64,000 nt of DNA. Origin: Squalus acanthias (taxonomy: Eukaryota). The stretch lies in the NCBI GenBank assembly GCA_030390025.1, contig CM059437.1, positions 77,686,001 through 77,750,000 of the forward strand, given 5' to 3'. This document shows positions 37,271 to 50,830 of the stretch, piece after piece (the first letter of the stretch is position 1; every line of letters begins with the position of its first letter). The position numbers and the translations under genes are program-made. Below the pieces are notes generated by a model. It ran no database searches, was not told the DNA's origin, and worked only from the letters and a program-made list of their open reading frames with translations.

Positions 37271-38038
37271 CTTAGCAATATTGCTTCCAAAGCTTAGACT
37301 TATGGTTGGGATTCTCAGATTTTGAGTTTAACTGATGATAATCCCAAATGCACAAATGCAATTTTTGTTCGTCTTAGTTTATCAGTTTATCAGTGTTATC
37401 AAACTATCAAAACTTATGGGAACAAAAGAACAAAACATTCTCACCAAGACCTTTCTGTGAGTCCACCAGGATGAATTAAGTTATCTCTGCTACCTGATTG
37501 TGCCAGGAAACTTGTATATTGCCAAGAGGTCCATGTCCATATTTTCTTTTACAAGGTGAATTGGGTATCTATTGCTTCCACTTACTGATGCCAAAAGATA
37601 AATGTGTGGGGATCATGGCTGAATTTTTAAAATCTGATTTTATGACCATGTTTAAGTTTTTTAAATGAAAAAATTACAGCAATTTATTAACGAAATGACT
37701 AAATTACATGTAGAATTGGTGAAACCTAAAAATCACTTGAAATGAATATTGAAACCAAAGAAAATTGGAAAGCTTAACTCTTATGTTTACACTTGGTAAT
37801 GCAGCTTTGTTAATTATTGATTCGCAATTGATAGAATTGAGGAGGTGAACTGTAAAACTGTGCACTTGACATAGATTACTCTGATTTTCTACTTTACAGA
37901 ACAAACTTCTGTGTAAATGAATGAAGGAAAATTTGCCTTTTAACCACATGAGCTAACACATGTATAATGCTTCTCACATCTTATGTCATGGATTTCCTAA
38001 CCCCTCTCCTTGTAAGCATTGAGTGGGAAGTAAACATT

Positions 38039-38418
38039 GGCCCGTAATTTGCGGTCACTGGCGATGCGCAGGCAGTCGCCGCTGCAATCAAAGAAAGCTG
38101 CCCACCGAGATCTCGCAATCTGTGACCAAAACCTTAGCTTCCTCAATGTGTAATTGATTGTAGCGCTGTCAATAGGGGATTCCTAGCATCGAGCAGCAAT
38201 GATGTCATCAAGCTGTCTAAGCAGCCAATCACATTGAAGAATTCGCACAGCCAGCAAACCAGGAAATGAAAAGCACTGATTATCTGCGCTTTTTAAAAAT
38301 GTTACAGAGAGCGAAATAAAGATTGGGACGTACACATGGGCTTAAGGTAAAAGCTGAAATATCAGGAACAAACTTTAAAAAAAAGTTTGCCATCATTACC
38401 CATCGCAAAATCCGAGCC
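38039..38418. mobile_element. Harbinger-like MITE
   Basis: Termini GGCCCGTAATTTGCGGT / ATCGCAAAATCCGAGCC are imperfect inverted repeats; 3-bp flanks ATT / ATA. Confidence 0.6.
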
Positions 38419-38961
38419 ATAGAGTGGGATGTAATGAAATTTAGGGGGAGGTGAGACCACAGGCTAGATCTAAAAGATAGGTTTTAAGGAGACTTTTGAA
38501 GGCATGGAGAGAAATAACAAGATGAAGTGGTTTTGCAAGAGTGTTCCATAGTCGGGCACAGTCGCTGAAAGATTAGCTTCTGATGGTGGAGTGAACGGGC
38601 AGCAGAGGAGCAGTATCCAGTCAGGGGAACAGAGGTTGTGAACTCATAAAGCGATGGAGAGGATATGGAGGTTGGAAACTCAGCTCCAGGTCATCTAGGC
38701 TGCTTAGATTACAAATGGTCTGTTTCAACCGGAGACAGTGGCCAGGGAAGGGGAAGGAGTCAATGGCAAGGGTACGGAGTTTGTTGTGGGAGCCAAAGAC
38801 TATGGCTTAATTATTCTCAATGTTTAACTGGAGTGCCTGAAAATGTTGCTGTTGGTCTCATTGCTAATTGCATCTTCATTATAGTTTCTGTTTTCTTTAT
38901 TTCCTTGAATAGCGTTTACTCTTATTCAGTGGCTTCTAATGCTGATGCTGCTTGCAGAATC

Positions 38962-39342
38962 TTTTCCCCTTCTCCCACCCCAAAGGTGTTGACTCCGAGG
39001 TATGGTTCCACTAATCGGGTATCATCCGGTCCCTCTCGCAAGTGACAATTATTCATAGGTGAACCTTGATGTCGAGTGGCTATTAGACCGTATGTGCATC
39101 AGAGTGGCGCCCAACCCTGTACTCGCATGACACCTATACGTGTTCACTTTCCCGAAGAGTTGCTGGATAACAATCAGGAATGGGATACCTGCCTGCTATT
39201 TCCCTACCTTGTGAGGTGAGCTGAGGGAATTGTAGCGACCCTGCTGCTGCCACTCTGGCTAACTCACCGCAGACTGGGAGTAGAACCTGGGACTCCCTGG
39301 TCTATAAGGCTCAGCTACACACTGATTTATTAACGGAGCCAG
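38962..39342 (-). mobile_element. LF-SINE-like element, near full length
   Basis: Reverse-complement LF-SINE motifs from tail (TTTTCCCCTTCTCC...GTGTTGACTCC) to head (GAACCTGGGACTCCCTGGTCTATAAGGCTCAG). Confidence 0.65.
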
Positions 39343-40799
39343 TTTGCATTTTAGTTCTAATAGTGCTTTACAAAATGCTTCACAGCCAATGAATTCTTCT
39401 TGACGTATAGTCACTGTCATGTAGAGAGTTCAGATAAGTGAATAATTCATATAACTGGCTGTGTATTGATGCTAATACAATGTTGCATTAAATATTAATT
39501 TAATGAAATGATTATCCACACAACACATACTGAGAAGCCCAGATCACCAGTCAGTTTGGATAATTGGTGTTCAGACCAGCTTTTGACAGTAGTGAAAGAA
39601 AATGTATAAATTAATCTTCTCCTGGTACAATTTTTTCCTCCCCTCTTCCTTTCCACAGGCATTGTTAAGATCTGCTGGCGTTACAGCTCAGAATGTGCTA
39701 TACTTAAATATGTGGTTAAAACTAACAAAAGTTGAATACTCCAGCAGCAGAACTTTTAATGAACAGTCTATCATCTGGTGGGCAGTCCCACAACCATGTC
39801 GGAAATGGAATCGCTCTGGTAACAGTAAATTTCACTCCTGCAGCTTCAACAGCAAATCCTGTCGTTAAAAGTAATGAGGGATAAAGAGTAAATAAAACAA
39901 TTAGGAAATCGGATGGAATAGAAAATGTGTAGAACAAAGAAATTAAAAAGCTAAAGCAGTGGAAGAACACTAAAATGTGACTGGGGGCAATTAAATCAGA
40001 GAAGAACCTATGTATAATCTAACAAAAAAGGACTAAAGTGAGAGGGGGGGGGGGGGTGGGTAGGTAAAGGAATGAAAGTCAGGAAAGAAAAATGCAAGAA
40101 TGAAAAAAGAAATTGCATAAACATGAAACACAGAACTTGGGAATCCAGTATAACTTTACTAGAGAAAACAAGAAAGCAAATTAAACTCAAATTATGGAAA
40201 CATTTTTGGAAAAAACGATGGTGGTAGCCCACCATGCACCATAAATCCCATGTACACGGTCAGTAGTTGAGCTCTGAATGATCCCGTGCACAAGATCAAG
40301 AGTCACATCACGCTCACCAGTCATAAAACCTTCGTGAAAGTGTAAATTATGTGCTGGATTTTATGCTATTTCTTTGCAGAATAAATGTCCCCTGGCCCCC
40401 AAACAATTGTTTTTTTTATTTCTATGTATGTCTTTTGGCGAGGGAGTGAAATTACAAAGATTTAAAAAAATAAAAAAATGTAATTGTGCATTCATGATCA
40501 CAATAGAATCTCATTACATAACATACAGAACATTTATTGTATTCTGTTAATAGACACGGGAGAGAGATTTGCTGCCCAGTTATGCTTGTAATTTTTAAAC
40601 CAGGGAAAAACGCCACTTGAATATGTCAGAAATCTGGCACCACGGGTCAGTTAGCTCAGACAGTCCTGGGGGAATTCTTTGCTGCTTTTCCCTAATCCAA
40701 CTGCTGCTCCTCTCTTCGTCGTTCTATCTGTGCTAATGAAGTAACTGATATTCTTGCTGGCATGAAAGGCTTCAAAACTTCCTCTTCCTCTTCTGCTAG

Positions 40800-42330
40800 A
40801 TCCTGAAGCCATCCTCGGTTCCGAGGGACTGCCTAGGAAGGGAGGGGACTCCACCTTGGTTTTAATCATGTCTGCTGTTTTTATTGTCTCTCAATAATTC
40901 TGCCGATCGCACCTGATGTCTTGATCAGTCTGAGAAATACTGAGCCAACTTTATTTCTGCTTGTAACCTCTCCAAATCAACTATTAGAGCTTTTAACGCA
41001 AGTTTGTTGAAAAGGCATGTCAACCGATGTCTTCCTGCTGCTCCAGTATCCACGCCTTCTTTGTTCTTTGATAAAGCTGTGCTTCAGATTTGTGTGAATG
41101 TTCCTTTCTGTCCTGTTGTTCACTCTCAAAGAGAAATCTGGCCTTGTCAGCTGCCTTTTTTTTGTCCAATTCTGATCCTGTTCCATAGCTCAATTCTGTC
41201 TACCATTATAATCAATATCAAGTTTATCTCTGGACTCCAGTAAGACCTCTGATCATGATTCGATGCTCCCTTCTGTTCTCTATGCATGTCCCTCCAAACT
41301 CACTCCTGCCCTACGCTATCTCTTCAATCTCTCTTACTCCCAGTCCACCTTTCCTATTCCTTCGAAATTGGCTTGCTTACAGTATCCTAAGAAAGTTGTC
41401 TCTTGCCTTTTAAAACTATCCCCTTGTTGCCCTTGTATTAGTACATTCTAAAGTTATGAAAGCTGCTGTTAACTCTCATTATTCATCATCTTAAATTCTG
41501 ACTTCATTAATGGTCACAAGTATAACTTTAGGCATAACTGTCCCACTGGTAATTCTGTTGCCTATGTTTTGTAAGTTTTTGTGAATTATGCCTTTGATGA
41601 ATCACCTGTCATCGCCCTGGACATGTCCAAAGGGATTAGCATCATGCTCTTCTAAGCAAGTTACCATCGTCTGACCTCCCACCAAAGCTATCCAGTTTCC
41701 TCTCGAATCACCCTGTGCTGTAATTGATAGGAGCTCATCCTCTGACTCCTTCAATTAATTCTGGGATTCCCAAGGCTTTGTCCTTACTCTGTTTCACATT
41801 GATGACCTCCTTCACTCATTATCCAACCCTATCCATACTTTTGTTGATGATTCCACTCTACATTTCTCAGTGTCCCTCAGACTGTACACCGTCAGAGCAC
41901 AAAATCTCTAGTTCTCTCTCTGTGAAATGATGAATTGATACATCTTGATGCTCCTTCCTGTCCTTTAATGGAGCAAAGAAAGTTTGTTTCATTCATTTTT
42001 TCAAAGAATTTATCTTTGTATCTCTCAAATCTAGTCAACGCCTTTTACAATTGTCATCCTTATTTGTTCAATCAACATTCATACCCTCATTATCTTCTCT
42101 AACCTCAAGTGGAATTCCCATATCTCAATGACGAAAGCTGATCTCAAGCAGATTGTTTTTTCTCTCTACCAAACACTTACTCGTTATCCCCCACTCCCCC
42201 TTTCAGTCTCCATCATCTCCAATATCTCGCGCACTCTCTCTTGCAACTATCTACAATTTTGTTGACACTGCTACGGTCAGTGCTCTTCTCAACTTCCCTT
42301 TCTTGTTCCTTCTTGGCATGAGAACTTCCT
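40800..42330 (+). mobile_element. Decayed non-LTR retrotransposon RT (CR1/Crack/L2 group)
   Basis: Interrupted frames give YLFNLSYSQSTFP...KLA...PKK...NY...SKVM...VIALDMSK...INSGIP...FVDDSTL, the RT motif order, with stops and frameshifts. Confidence 0.7.
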
Positions 42331-42412
42331 GATTTTTATCTTGCCCTTTTTTATTTTTCTCGCCCTTGGTGGGATCATGCGGTACAGGGCTTGGCACTGC
42401 ATCTTGATTCAA

Positions 42413-42560
42413 GAGCATAAGTAATAGGCGCAGGAGTAGGCCATACGGCCCCTCGAGCCTGCTCCACCATTCATTTAAGATCGTGGCTGATCTTTTACCT
42501 CAACTCCACTTTCCCGCCCTATCCCCATATCCCTTGATTCCCTTAATGTCCAAAAGTTTC
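42413..42560 (-). mobile_element. CR1 3' tail
   Basis: CATAAGTAATAGGCGCAGGAGTAGGCCATACGGCCCCTCGAGCCTGCTCC is the reverse complement of the CR1 tail at ~35260-35330. Confidence 0.8.
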
Positions 42561-43894
42561 TCGATTTTAAAAAAAATTGTGGTTGTTCAGAAAGTAAGAA
42601 AAAGGCAAAGAAGGTGACATTGGCTAATCCTGTTTCAGTCCTCCATTAGCAGAAGTATAATGACAAATCCTGACAAAGGTGCTGCCAGATCTGGTCATGT
42701 AGCTCGTCATCCTTCTCCACTAACTTTGGTCATCGCGAATGTTTTTCCTCCAACCACTAACTGTACCTGCTCAACCAGCAGATAGTAATAAAGTCCAGCA
42801 GTATATTTCCTGTAATTAGGGGCCACCTTGCGCTGTTATTTGTTTGCACTGATAAAACTAAAAATAAAAATGTCATTATAAAGCAAGGGCTTACTGCATG
42901 TTTCACAGTCTCTTCAAAATTGTACACTATTTACTGTGTTAGTAAATTTTGAACAGCTGTGGTATTCCACAGCAAATTTAGTGGCAAAGAAAACACTGTA
43001 CTAGTGTATGTATTTTTTCCCTTTTTAAAAATTTGGAAACACTGCCTCATTGTCTTTATCCATCAGACAGCTTTATACCATCTGTAGTGCAGTGTCGATG
43101 AGATCCCTATCTGTTTCTAACTTAGGTAATTACAGGCTCTGTAAAATTGACAGTATTGTCCATAGTCATGCTGGCAAGAAGTCTGTTAAATCTGCTGTTC
43201 TGCACATTTGATATACATTGGGGCTTGATTGCTTAAACCATCATCCCAAGTTAACTTCCCATAATTATTGGATCACCGATAAATAGAAGATGTACGTAGA
43301 ATTTGACATAGTGCAGTAATCTTTGCTGGCTTGTTAAGAAGGTTCAAAAACTATTATTGGATTTTTTTTCTTTTCATTCTGACTTCAGCCATTTAAAAGG
43401 GTAATGTTTTTCATTTAACATTGCAGTTACCGAGGATATGCATATAACCAGCACACTTTGTGCTCAAGAATTTTTTTGAATAGTTCGTTAAACTTAAAAG
43501 ATAATTCTTCTGTTGTCATTCTATCAAACTATTTCACTTAAAACCGAGTTAGACAATCAAATAAAGCTGAAATGCAAGCTATAATAAGACTTTGCGTGCC
43601 ATTTTGTATTCAGAGGGTCTGAAGTTCAAATATTGATATAACTGGATCCAATGCTAATACGCTGATGGTTCTTAGTTCTTACTTTTGCTTCTTATACAGC
43701 ACAGAAGCAGGTCATTCAGTCTATAAAGGCTGTGCCAGTGTTTTTCTCCACATGAAGCAACTTTTCTGCTTGCCTTGGCTTTTATTGCATATTTGCATTG
43801 GTGTGGTGCAGTCTCTTACTGGTTTCACAAACATTGGCAGTTTATCATTGACTATAGGGGCGACTTTAACATTACCCACTTGACACAAACATAA

Positions 43895-44330
43895 TCGAGG
43901 CCCGACTGCTATTTTAACTGGAGGCCTGAGCAGAGAAGTCATCAGGTGAAGTTAGCAGGAAGAGGAGTCGGGGCCAGAACAGGCCCAAAGTGCTAAGCTT
44001 TTTTTTTTTAGCTTTTTTAACTTTCCTTGTGGCGCCAGGAGTGCAGGAAAGTTGATGCCTCCCCTGCCCTGAGCTCCCCCTCCCTCCCTCCTCGATCACG
44101 AGACTCTCTCTAAACCTCCTCTTCGTGACTTACTTGAGTGCTGGGAACCGTTCCTTTGGTCCCAGCCAATGGCCTCTTGCCACTTCTCGCTGGATTCGTG
44201 GTGAGCAACTAACCGGAGGTATGCAGATGAGGCCCAGGAGTTAAAATCTCCCGGGCCTCAAGCTGCCGAGGTCAGATGGGTTTGACCTCTCACCTTGGCC
44301 CCGACCCACCTGATTCCTGCTCCAATCATG
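43895..44330. mobile_element. GC-rich DNA-transposon-like remnant
   Basis: GC-rich island with ATTTTAACT / AGTTAAAAT and AGGCCCG / GGGCCT inverted motifs like those in the other Harbinger-type elements; termini not resolved. Confidence 0.4.
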
Positions 44331-44539
44331 TCTTATGAGTCCACCTGATAAAGGTCCACCATCACACTAATTAACAGCACTCAATGAATGTGTTTGAGTA
44401 GGCATAATGGAGCCCCCCTTCCTAATTCAACAGCCATTTGAGCGGGCAGTATAACCATAACTTCTTAATCACATTGTTATTGAAATAGTGCACTGCTTGG
44501 TGAAGCGTAATTCCAATGACTGGGGAATAAGTTAAACCT

Positions 44540-44765
44540 ACACCAAGTCACACACCATCCTGACTTGGAAGTATATCGCTGTTCCTTCATCGTTGCTGTG
44601 TCAAAATCCTGGAACTCCCTCCCTAACAGTACGATGGGAGTACCTTCACCACACGGACTGCAGCAGTTCAAGAAGGTGGCTCATCACCACCTTCTCGAGG
44701 GCAACTAGGGATGGGCAATAAATGCTGGCCTTGCCAGCGACGCCCACATCACATGAATGAATTAA
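44540..44765 (+). mobile_element. LINE 3' end (same family as 4616-4890)
   Basis: Shared tail sequence ending ATGAATGAATTAAAAAAAAAAA. Confidence 0.8.
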
Positions 44766-45237
44766 AAAAAAAAAGAAAATTAGGTGGCTTCATCTACGCA
44801 AATAAACTTGTGATAATTGCTGTCACCATTCTGAGTAGGGGGCCTGGGTTGGATGCATTGCCCAATGAGTTCACATCCCCCTCCACTACTAGAGGTTGAA
44901 CAAAAACATTGTTATTGCAAGGTTTCATCTCTCTCCCCTTCCAAACCACAACTGACTAGACTACCCATGATGAAAGCATATTTCTTCAGTACCTCTGGGA
45001 AGAGAAAGCTCACTAGATTGCCAATTGCTGTGTTTTGTCATCTGCAATAATAAGTTTGTGAAGCTTTGTTCAACAACACAACGGGATTTGCTGTCAGGGA
45101 AGCAACATTGCGGCATGATGTGAAGGTGCTGAGATAAGAAAGTTGATATTAAATGATTAATATCTTATTTCCCATTAATTCCCATCAGTAAAAAAAAATC
45201 TTGTATCTTTCAATGGTGCCACAAATGTAATCTTTTA

Positions 45238-45931
45238 GGGCTGGATTTTCATTGACCTGTGGAGGCGGGTTTGGAGGTGTGTGGGGGGTTAAAATTGCAA
45301 AAACTGGCGGGCGGACACAAGTCCGCCTCCATCTCGCCTCCACGCAATTTTCATTAAATCGTGTCTGCTGGTCCCGACTCCATCCCGCCTTTAAGAGGCG
45401 GGATAGGCTGTTAAGGCCCTTAACAAGCACTAAATTGGCTCTATAATGCCATTTTGAAAGGCCTTTGTGATTTTAACCCTTGTTCTCCGTGAAGCACGCC
45501 TGTTGTGAACCACGAATGTGAAACCTGGCGGTAACACATTTCGAAAGCTGACTATCAGCTGCAGGTCTACTATTACAACGGAGTAGTAGTAGGAAAAATA
45601 TCTGGGAGCAGACCTATGGCTGCTGCTGGTCATTTTGCCTTCAGGTCCTCTCACAGCAAAGTCTCTCTCTCTCTCTCTCATTTTGCATCCAGGTCCTCTC
45701 ACAGCAAAGGCCAGGCAGTCTCTGACTTTCAATGCAGCAGCAATGATGACATCATCAAAGGCGACTTTCAGACTGAAAACACTAATTGGTTCATGGGTTC
45801 CCACATGCTGGAACTCAATTGCCCAATTAGGTGAAAATCGCATCAATCTCCCACATCCAATTGCAGTCGGGTGGATAACACGAAAAGTGGATGACACGAC
45901 CCCAACCCGCCCCAGTATCAAAATCCAGCCC
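45238..45931. mobile_element. PIF/Harbinger non-autonomous element
   Basis: Perfect 12-bp terminal inverted repeats GGGCTGGATTTT / AAAATCCAGCCC, with TTA duplicated on both sides (45235-45237, 45932-45934). Confidence 0.85.
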
Positions 45932-47859
45932 TTAGTGTCTGTCGCCGATGACAATCACTACTAATAGTGAGGGAGTAAAAAGGGGGAAAAAAATAAAATT
46001 AAACCATCTCCACAAACTCCAGTAAACAATTTCAAAAGATGGACAAGTAATTATCACTAAGGAAATTATTTTCCCCCTTGTGATTTTTGTCAGTTGAACT
46101 CGCTGTTCGATTTATTTCATTAGTAATCACTAGTTGCCACCCATTACTCTCATGTTTTAAAATACAATAGAAGGGGATTTAAACTATTTGGAGAAAAGTT
46201 GTTGAATTGTATTTGAAACTTCAAGTAAACTGAAGAAGGCAATTTAATCTTTAAAACATTGTACAGATCCCATCTCTAAGCAATGCCAAGTCCTGTTTTA
46301 TTAATAGTTTATTTTGACATTTTCGTGTAAGTTGATTGCTGTCAAACTGATATATTAATGCTAGTTGTTTGAAAATGCATTGATAAAGTTAATCTTGCAA
46401 GATACCAAAATATTATGCCTAACATGAGTAGAACATTGAACAGTAAATAAGAGGATCCAAATGTGAAAGATCTTGTATATAAAGGCTCTGATAAAATATA
46501 TTGTGGTTGAGATATCTATTTAACGTGTCTTGGTAAATTGGAAGCTAGTAAGTGTTGAAATTGCCGAATTGTCTAAACGTTTTGCCAAAAAAGAACTTCT
46601 AAGAGCATTTTATTGATTGCAAAACCATATTAACACAAAGTACACAGTGAGTCGTTATTTCCTTGGAGGACATCTACAAGCATGTTATTAGATAAATCAA
46701 TTGAAAGAAATGCTATTTGGAGACGCACAATATCATGGTTTAACAGGAGCAGGAATTATTAACACGAGGGCAAACGGCCAGTATCCATCTGCCAAATTTC
46801 TCAATATCTGTGCTGATGAGATAGAATCAAGAGACATTCTGTCAGGGAGTCTGGCCAACACTACCTGTCAGGTAACGTGCTTCCAAGAGCAGCTGCAGGC
46901 ACAACATCTCACAGGTGGGGCGAGAGTTTGCCAGAATTGCAGGAGTTGATGTCAATTATTTCAGTATGACCTCTGACAGACTGTTAGCATAGTGCGACAT
47001 AATTGGCCAATGGGTGATGAATGAGTTGTGTAAGTAGCTAATCTAAGAAATAATTCTGGAGTGTTTCAAATATTGGGAAGATGTACAAATGAGAGTCAAA
47101 GCAATAATTGACCAGACACCTTTTCCCTTCTTCTGGTTCTTTAATATTCAATTTCCAGAGTACCTTACAACAGCTACAAAGTTGGTAAGTAGCCAGTGAT
47201 ATGCGGTTTAATCTGGGAGCAGGGAATTAGAAATTTGCAGGCATAGACACCTGGGGTCATGAGGAAAGTTGGAGAGCTTCCATATATTGCTTTTGGATGT
47301 CTGCCAATCTTGACATGCTCAATTTTACTCCAACTCATTACTGTTCACATATTTTTACTTTATTTCTCAAGGTGCAAAACCATCAATTCTGTAGTGAATA
47401 CTTTTAATTTTTTTAAGTACTACTGATTTTTTTTTCCCTGAAGAACTTCTTTATTGTTTGAAGCTACCCAATTCTGGACTTGTTTCACTTTAGTGCACTC
47501 TGTTTAGAGTGTGCAGTTATTGTGATAGACATTTCCATATGCAACAGTTAAATTTAATTGTAAATCACAAGCCTTCTCCAGAGGTTTATAGAAGTATAAC
47601 TGCTTAATAGATGGAAGGGGCATGTTATGATGGGGACTGGAGTAGAGGAGATCGTGTCAAGCTGCAATGAACTCCGAAAGTAAACTCGCTGAACTTACTC
47701 ATTATCTGTCACTACTTGCCGTTAAGAATTTTTGAGTCATTACTGTGTCTGTCCTATGTTGCATAGCGTTTTGACATTACATTCACACTACTTAATGGAT
47801 AAACGATGGTCAGCAATGGAGTACAAAAAAAGTCAAACTGATAATAGTAGATTATTGAA

Positions 47860-48206
47860 AGAAAGAAAGACTTGCATTTATATAGCGCCTTTCACGACCA
47901 CCAGACGACTCAAAGCGCTTTACAGCGAATGAAGTACTTTTGGAGTGTAGTCACTGTTGTAATGTGGGAAACGCGGCAGCCAATTTGCACACAGCAAGCT
48001 CCTACAACCAGCAATGTGCTAATGACCAGATAATCTGTTTTTTGTTATGTTGGTTGAGGGACAAATGTTGGCCAGGACACCGGGGATAACTCCCCTGCTG
48101 TTCTTCGAAATAGTGCCATGGGGGTCTTTTACGTCCACCTGAGAGGACAGACGGGGCCTCGGTTTAACGTCTCACCCGAAAGACGGCACCTCCGACAGTG
48201 CAGCAC
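47860..48206 (-). mobile_element. Deu-domain SINE, 5'-truncated, well preserved
   Basis: Reverse complement of 24500-24845 at high identity. Confidence 0.9.
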
Positions 48207-48639
48207 TTATTGCTCACAAATATCACTGTCTTATTGTATATTTAGGATTTCGATTCTATTTTTCAGGTTAAACCAATAAAATCCGATTTTTAAATTCTAT
48301 CCTCCTTTTGGGGAAAAAAAATAATATTTAAAAAGGCAAAGAAAATGGCCAGGTGTATAGTGAGAAGAAGGCTTGATTCATTTTTGGCTTACTAAAAGTC
48401 TGGGTTATTTTTTTTTAAGTACAATTTCTGACATGCGCTTGGTTTCAAAGAAATATTTCGAAGCACAGGTATCATATTCTATCATTGTTGTTGGGTGCTG
48501 TTCTCTGGGTTTCAAATAATGGGCCCAAAATAAGAGAAAACGACCAGGAGAAAATAAAATGACTAATTTCCGCCCCCCCCCCCCACCCCCCACCCCCAAC
48601 TAAATAATCAAAAGAAAAGTCTTTCCATTCGGGGTTCTG

Positions 48640-50830
48640 AGCTTGGCCGAATCAGAAAGCTAACTTATTGGCCTCTAACTTTAAAACTGAGTGTGAAAGC
48701 AATGAGTAGGGTATTTTTTGATTTATAAAACTACCTGGACATCTGTACCAACCGTGTATCTCAGAAGGTGATAAATATGCAAAAAGTCTGGAATGCGGTG
48801 AACTTGTTGCACAGGCCAAATAATTGCCAATGCGTCCCGATTAATCCGGCTGTAGCACCGCTCTGCGGAATTGACTGATCAACTAGCATAAATGATGGAT
48901 CATCATAAGTATGGCTCTTAATTTCTAACTAGCATCAACATCGCTCTCCATTGGCCTATTAATGTATAATAAGCCATCATTGTATGATTAGACAATGGTT
49001 GCTTGATCTGAAGGAGGTCATGATCATGCTTGTCTTACCACTTGAAGATGATATGTTTAGTTGCTAGTTCTCACTGGTTCTGTAATTGTAGCCAAATTGG
49101 AATAAAATGGGAAGAGTAAGTAACCGTGCCTAGACGATTGCAGATTTTTGATGTTACTTGGAGCTGTGCATTGTGGGTTGTGTTGACTTTTTTGGGATCT
49201 GGTGGCATTGTCTGTTTTGCCCAGAATAGTCCAAAATAGTCTGTTTGTCCTTTTACAGGCTACAAGAATGCATTTGGTAAAAACCGTGCATAGGGCTGTG
49301 TCATACTCTGCATGATTGGCTACGTGTATCCGAATATCATAATTTGCATTCAAAATGCCTGGAATTCCTTTAGGAAAATGTTGGGTGATATCTTGAAATA
49401 TCTCTGCTTCTGAAGGGATACTGAACATTAGGTTTTGTTTTGCCTTAAACCAACAAGGGTTGCAAACATTATAATATAGTGCTCGCCTCATTGAGCTCTA
49501 GCTAATAATATTCAGATTTCAGGTATACCTTTTGAAAAAATTAATTTATTTCTGTGACAATTTCACCCATAGTTGGAGTACTATTTCATTTATGCTCAAT
49601 TGCTATGCTTTCTGCTTGTATATTGGCACATTTTCTTGGCTCAGGGACAATTACTAAAGGTAACATCCAAGGTGTAGGACCATTTGAGTCTTCTATTATA
49701 TCACTAAGGGAGCGGGCAGGGAAGTGGAGTTGAGGCCAAGATCAGATCAGCCATGATCTTATTGAATGGCGGAGCAGGCTCGAGGGGCCAAATGATCTAC
49801 TCCTGCTCCTACTTCTTATGTTCATTATCCTCCAACTCTTTCAGCTTTACTTCAATTTTCTTCCATAGAGGAAATGGTATCTTGCAATGACTACTTGAGA
49901 GAAAGCTACCACTTGCCAAATCGATAGAGTGCTGTTCCAATATAGCAAATAAATAAGCCTCACCGTCGCCAGAGTTCCATACAGTAGATTCTGTTTCAGT
50001 AACTTGCTGCACATTGTGCTATTTTGACTGGCTATATTTTTGTGGATATATACCTGAGCCAGTACATTTCATTGTATGTTTTTGTAGAGACCTGCAATTG
50101 GATAACTGACAGCTCTGGGAGGAGTGATTTTGTTTCCTGCATGCACAACATTCTTTGCCCCTTTGCTGGACAAGCACCAGTATGGGAGTAATTTGCACGG
50201 CAGTAATAACATATGATTAAAGTTGACCTGGCTTGACTGTAGTTTCACCTTGGCGTGATGTGGCTTGTGCTTGGCATTTATCTGCTTGATGGAGACTTCT
50301 TGCTTTGTGTCCACATCTGTTGCATGACATTCAGCTAGATCAAGTGCGTGGGCTGGTTTTGAAAGTTCATCTAAGGTGTGCTTTTTCTCCAGAGCTCGGC
50401 TGCACAAGATTTTAGACAAACCTCCTTCTATAATCTGTGTTTTGTCTTCATGACCTGTATCAGAAAAGTTGAGAGAGTATGTGCAAAGGCGTCTACAGAT
50501 GCACTCTTGTGTTGTGCAGCCCACTGAGATATGGTCAATTTATATGTTGTCTTTTGCTTAGGAATGAGATGATCAGCTGGAACTTTCTCAGCCTGATCAG
50601 TCTGCATCATTTCCAGTATCGTTTGATGAAAACCATAGGTTACTTGTGTTTGATTTTGGTCTTTGTTGAGAGGAAGGACATTCACCTATAATTTCATGTA
50701 TGGGGAAGAAGAAGCTTAAGGAGAGAAACCTCCTACTGTGGATTTTAACTTATTCTTGTAATATTACTGTCTTACACTAGAATGTTTAAGAAAATTGATA
50801 CTATTTGACACGTGTTAAATATCTTCAAAA
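48640..50830 (-). mobile_element. Decayed Ty3/Gypsy LTR retrotransposon internal region (gag, RT and RNase H remnants)
   Basis: Minus-strand broken frames, in order: gag KTQIIEG...RALEKKHTLDEL; knuckle remnants CYYC...CPAKG / KECCACRKQNH; RT KIPFPLWKKIE...DIIEDSNGPTPW...LMFSIPSEAEIFQ...GIPGILN; NLATITEPVR; RNase H YAS*S...ERCYSRINRDALAIIW. Confidence 0.85.
49710..49822 (+). mobile_element. CR1 3' tail inserted into the Gypsy fossil
   Basis: GATCAGCCATGATCTTATTGAATGGCGGAGCAGGCTCGAGGGGCC...CTACTCCTGCTCCT splits the Gypsy RT between LKELEDN and DIIE. Confidence 0.85.

Noticed and set aside
45430-45964. 174-aa and 109-aa ORFs
   Set aside because: They lie almost entirely within a non-autonomous Harbinger element and show no transposase motifs.
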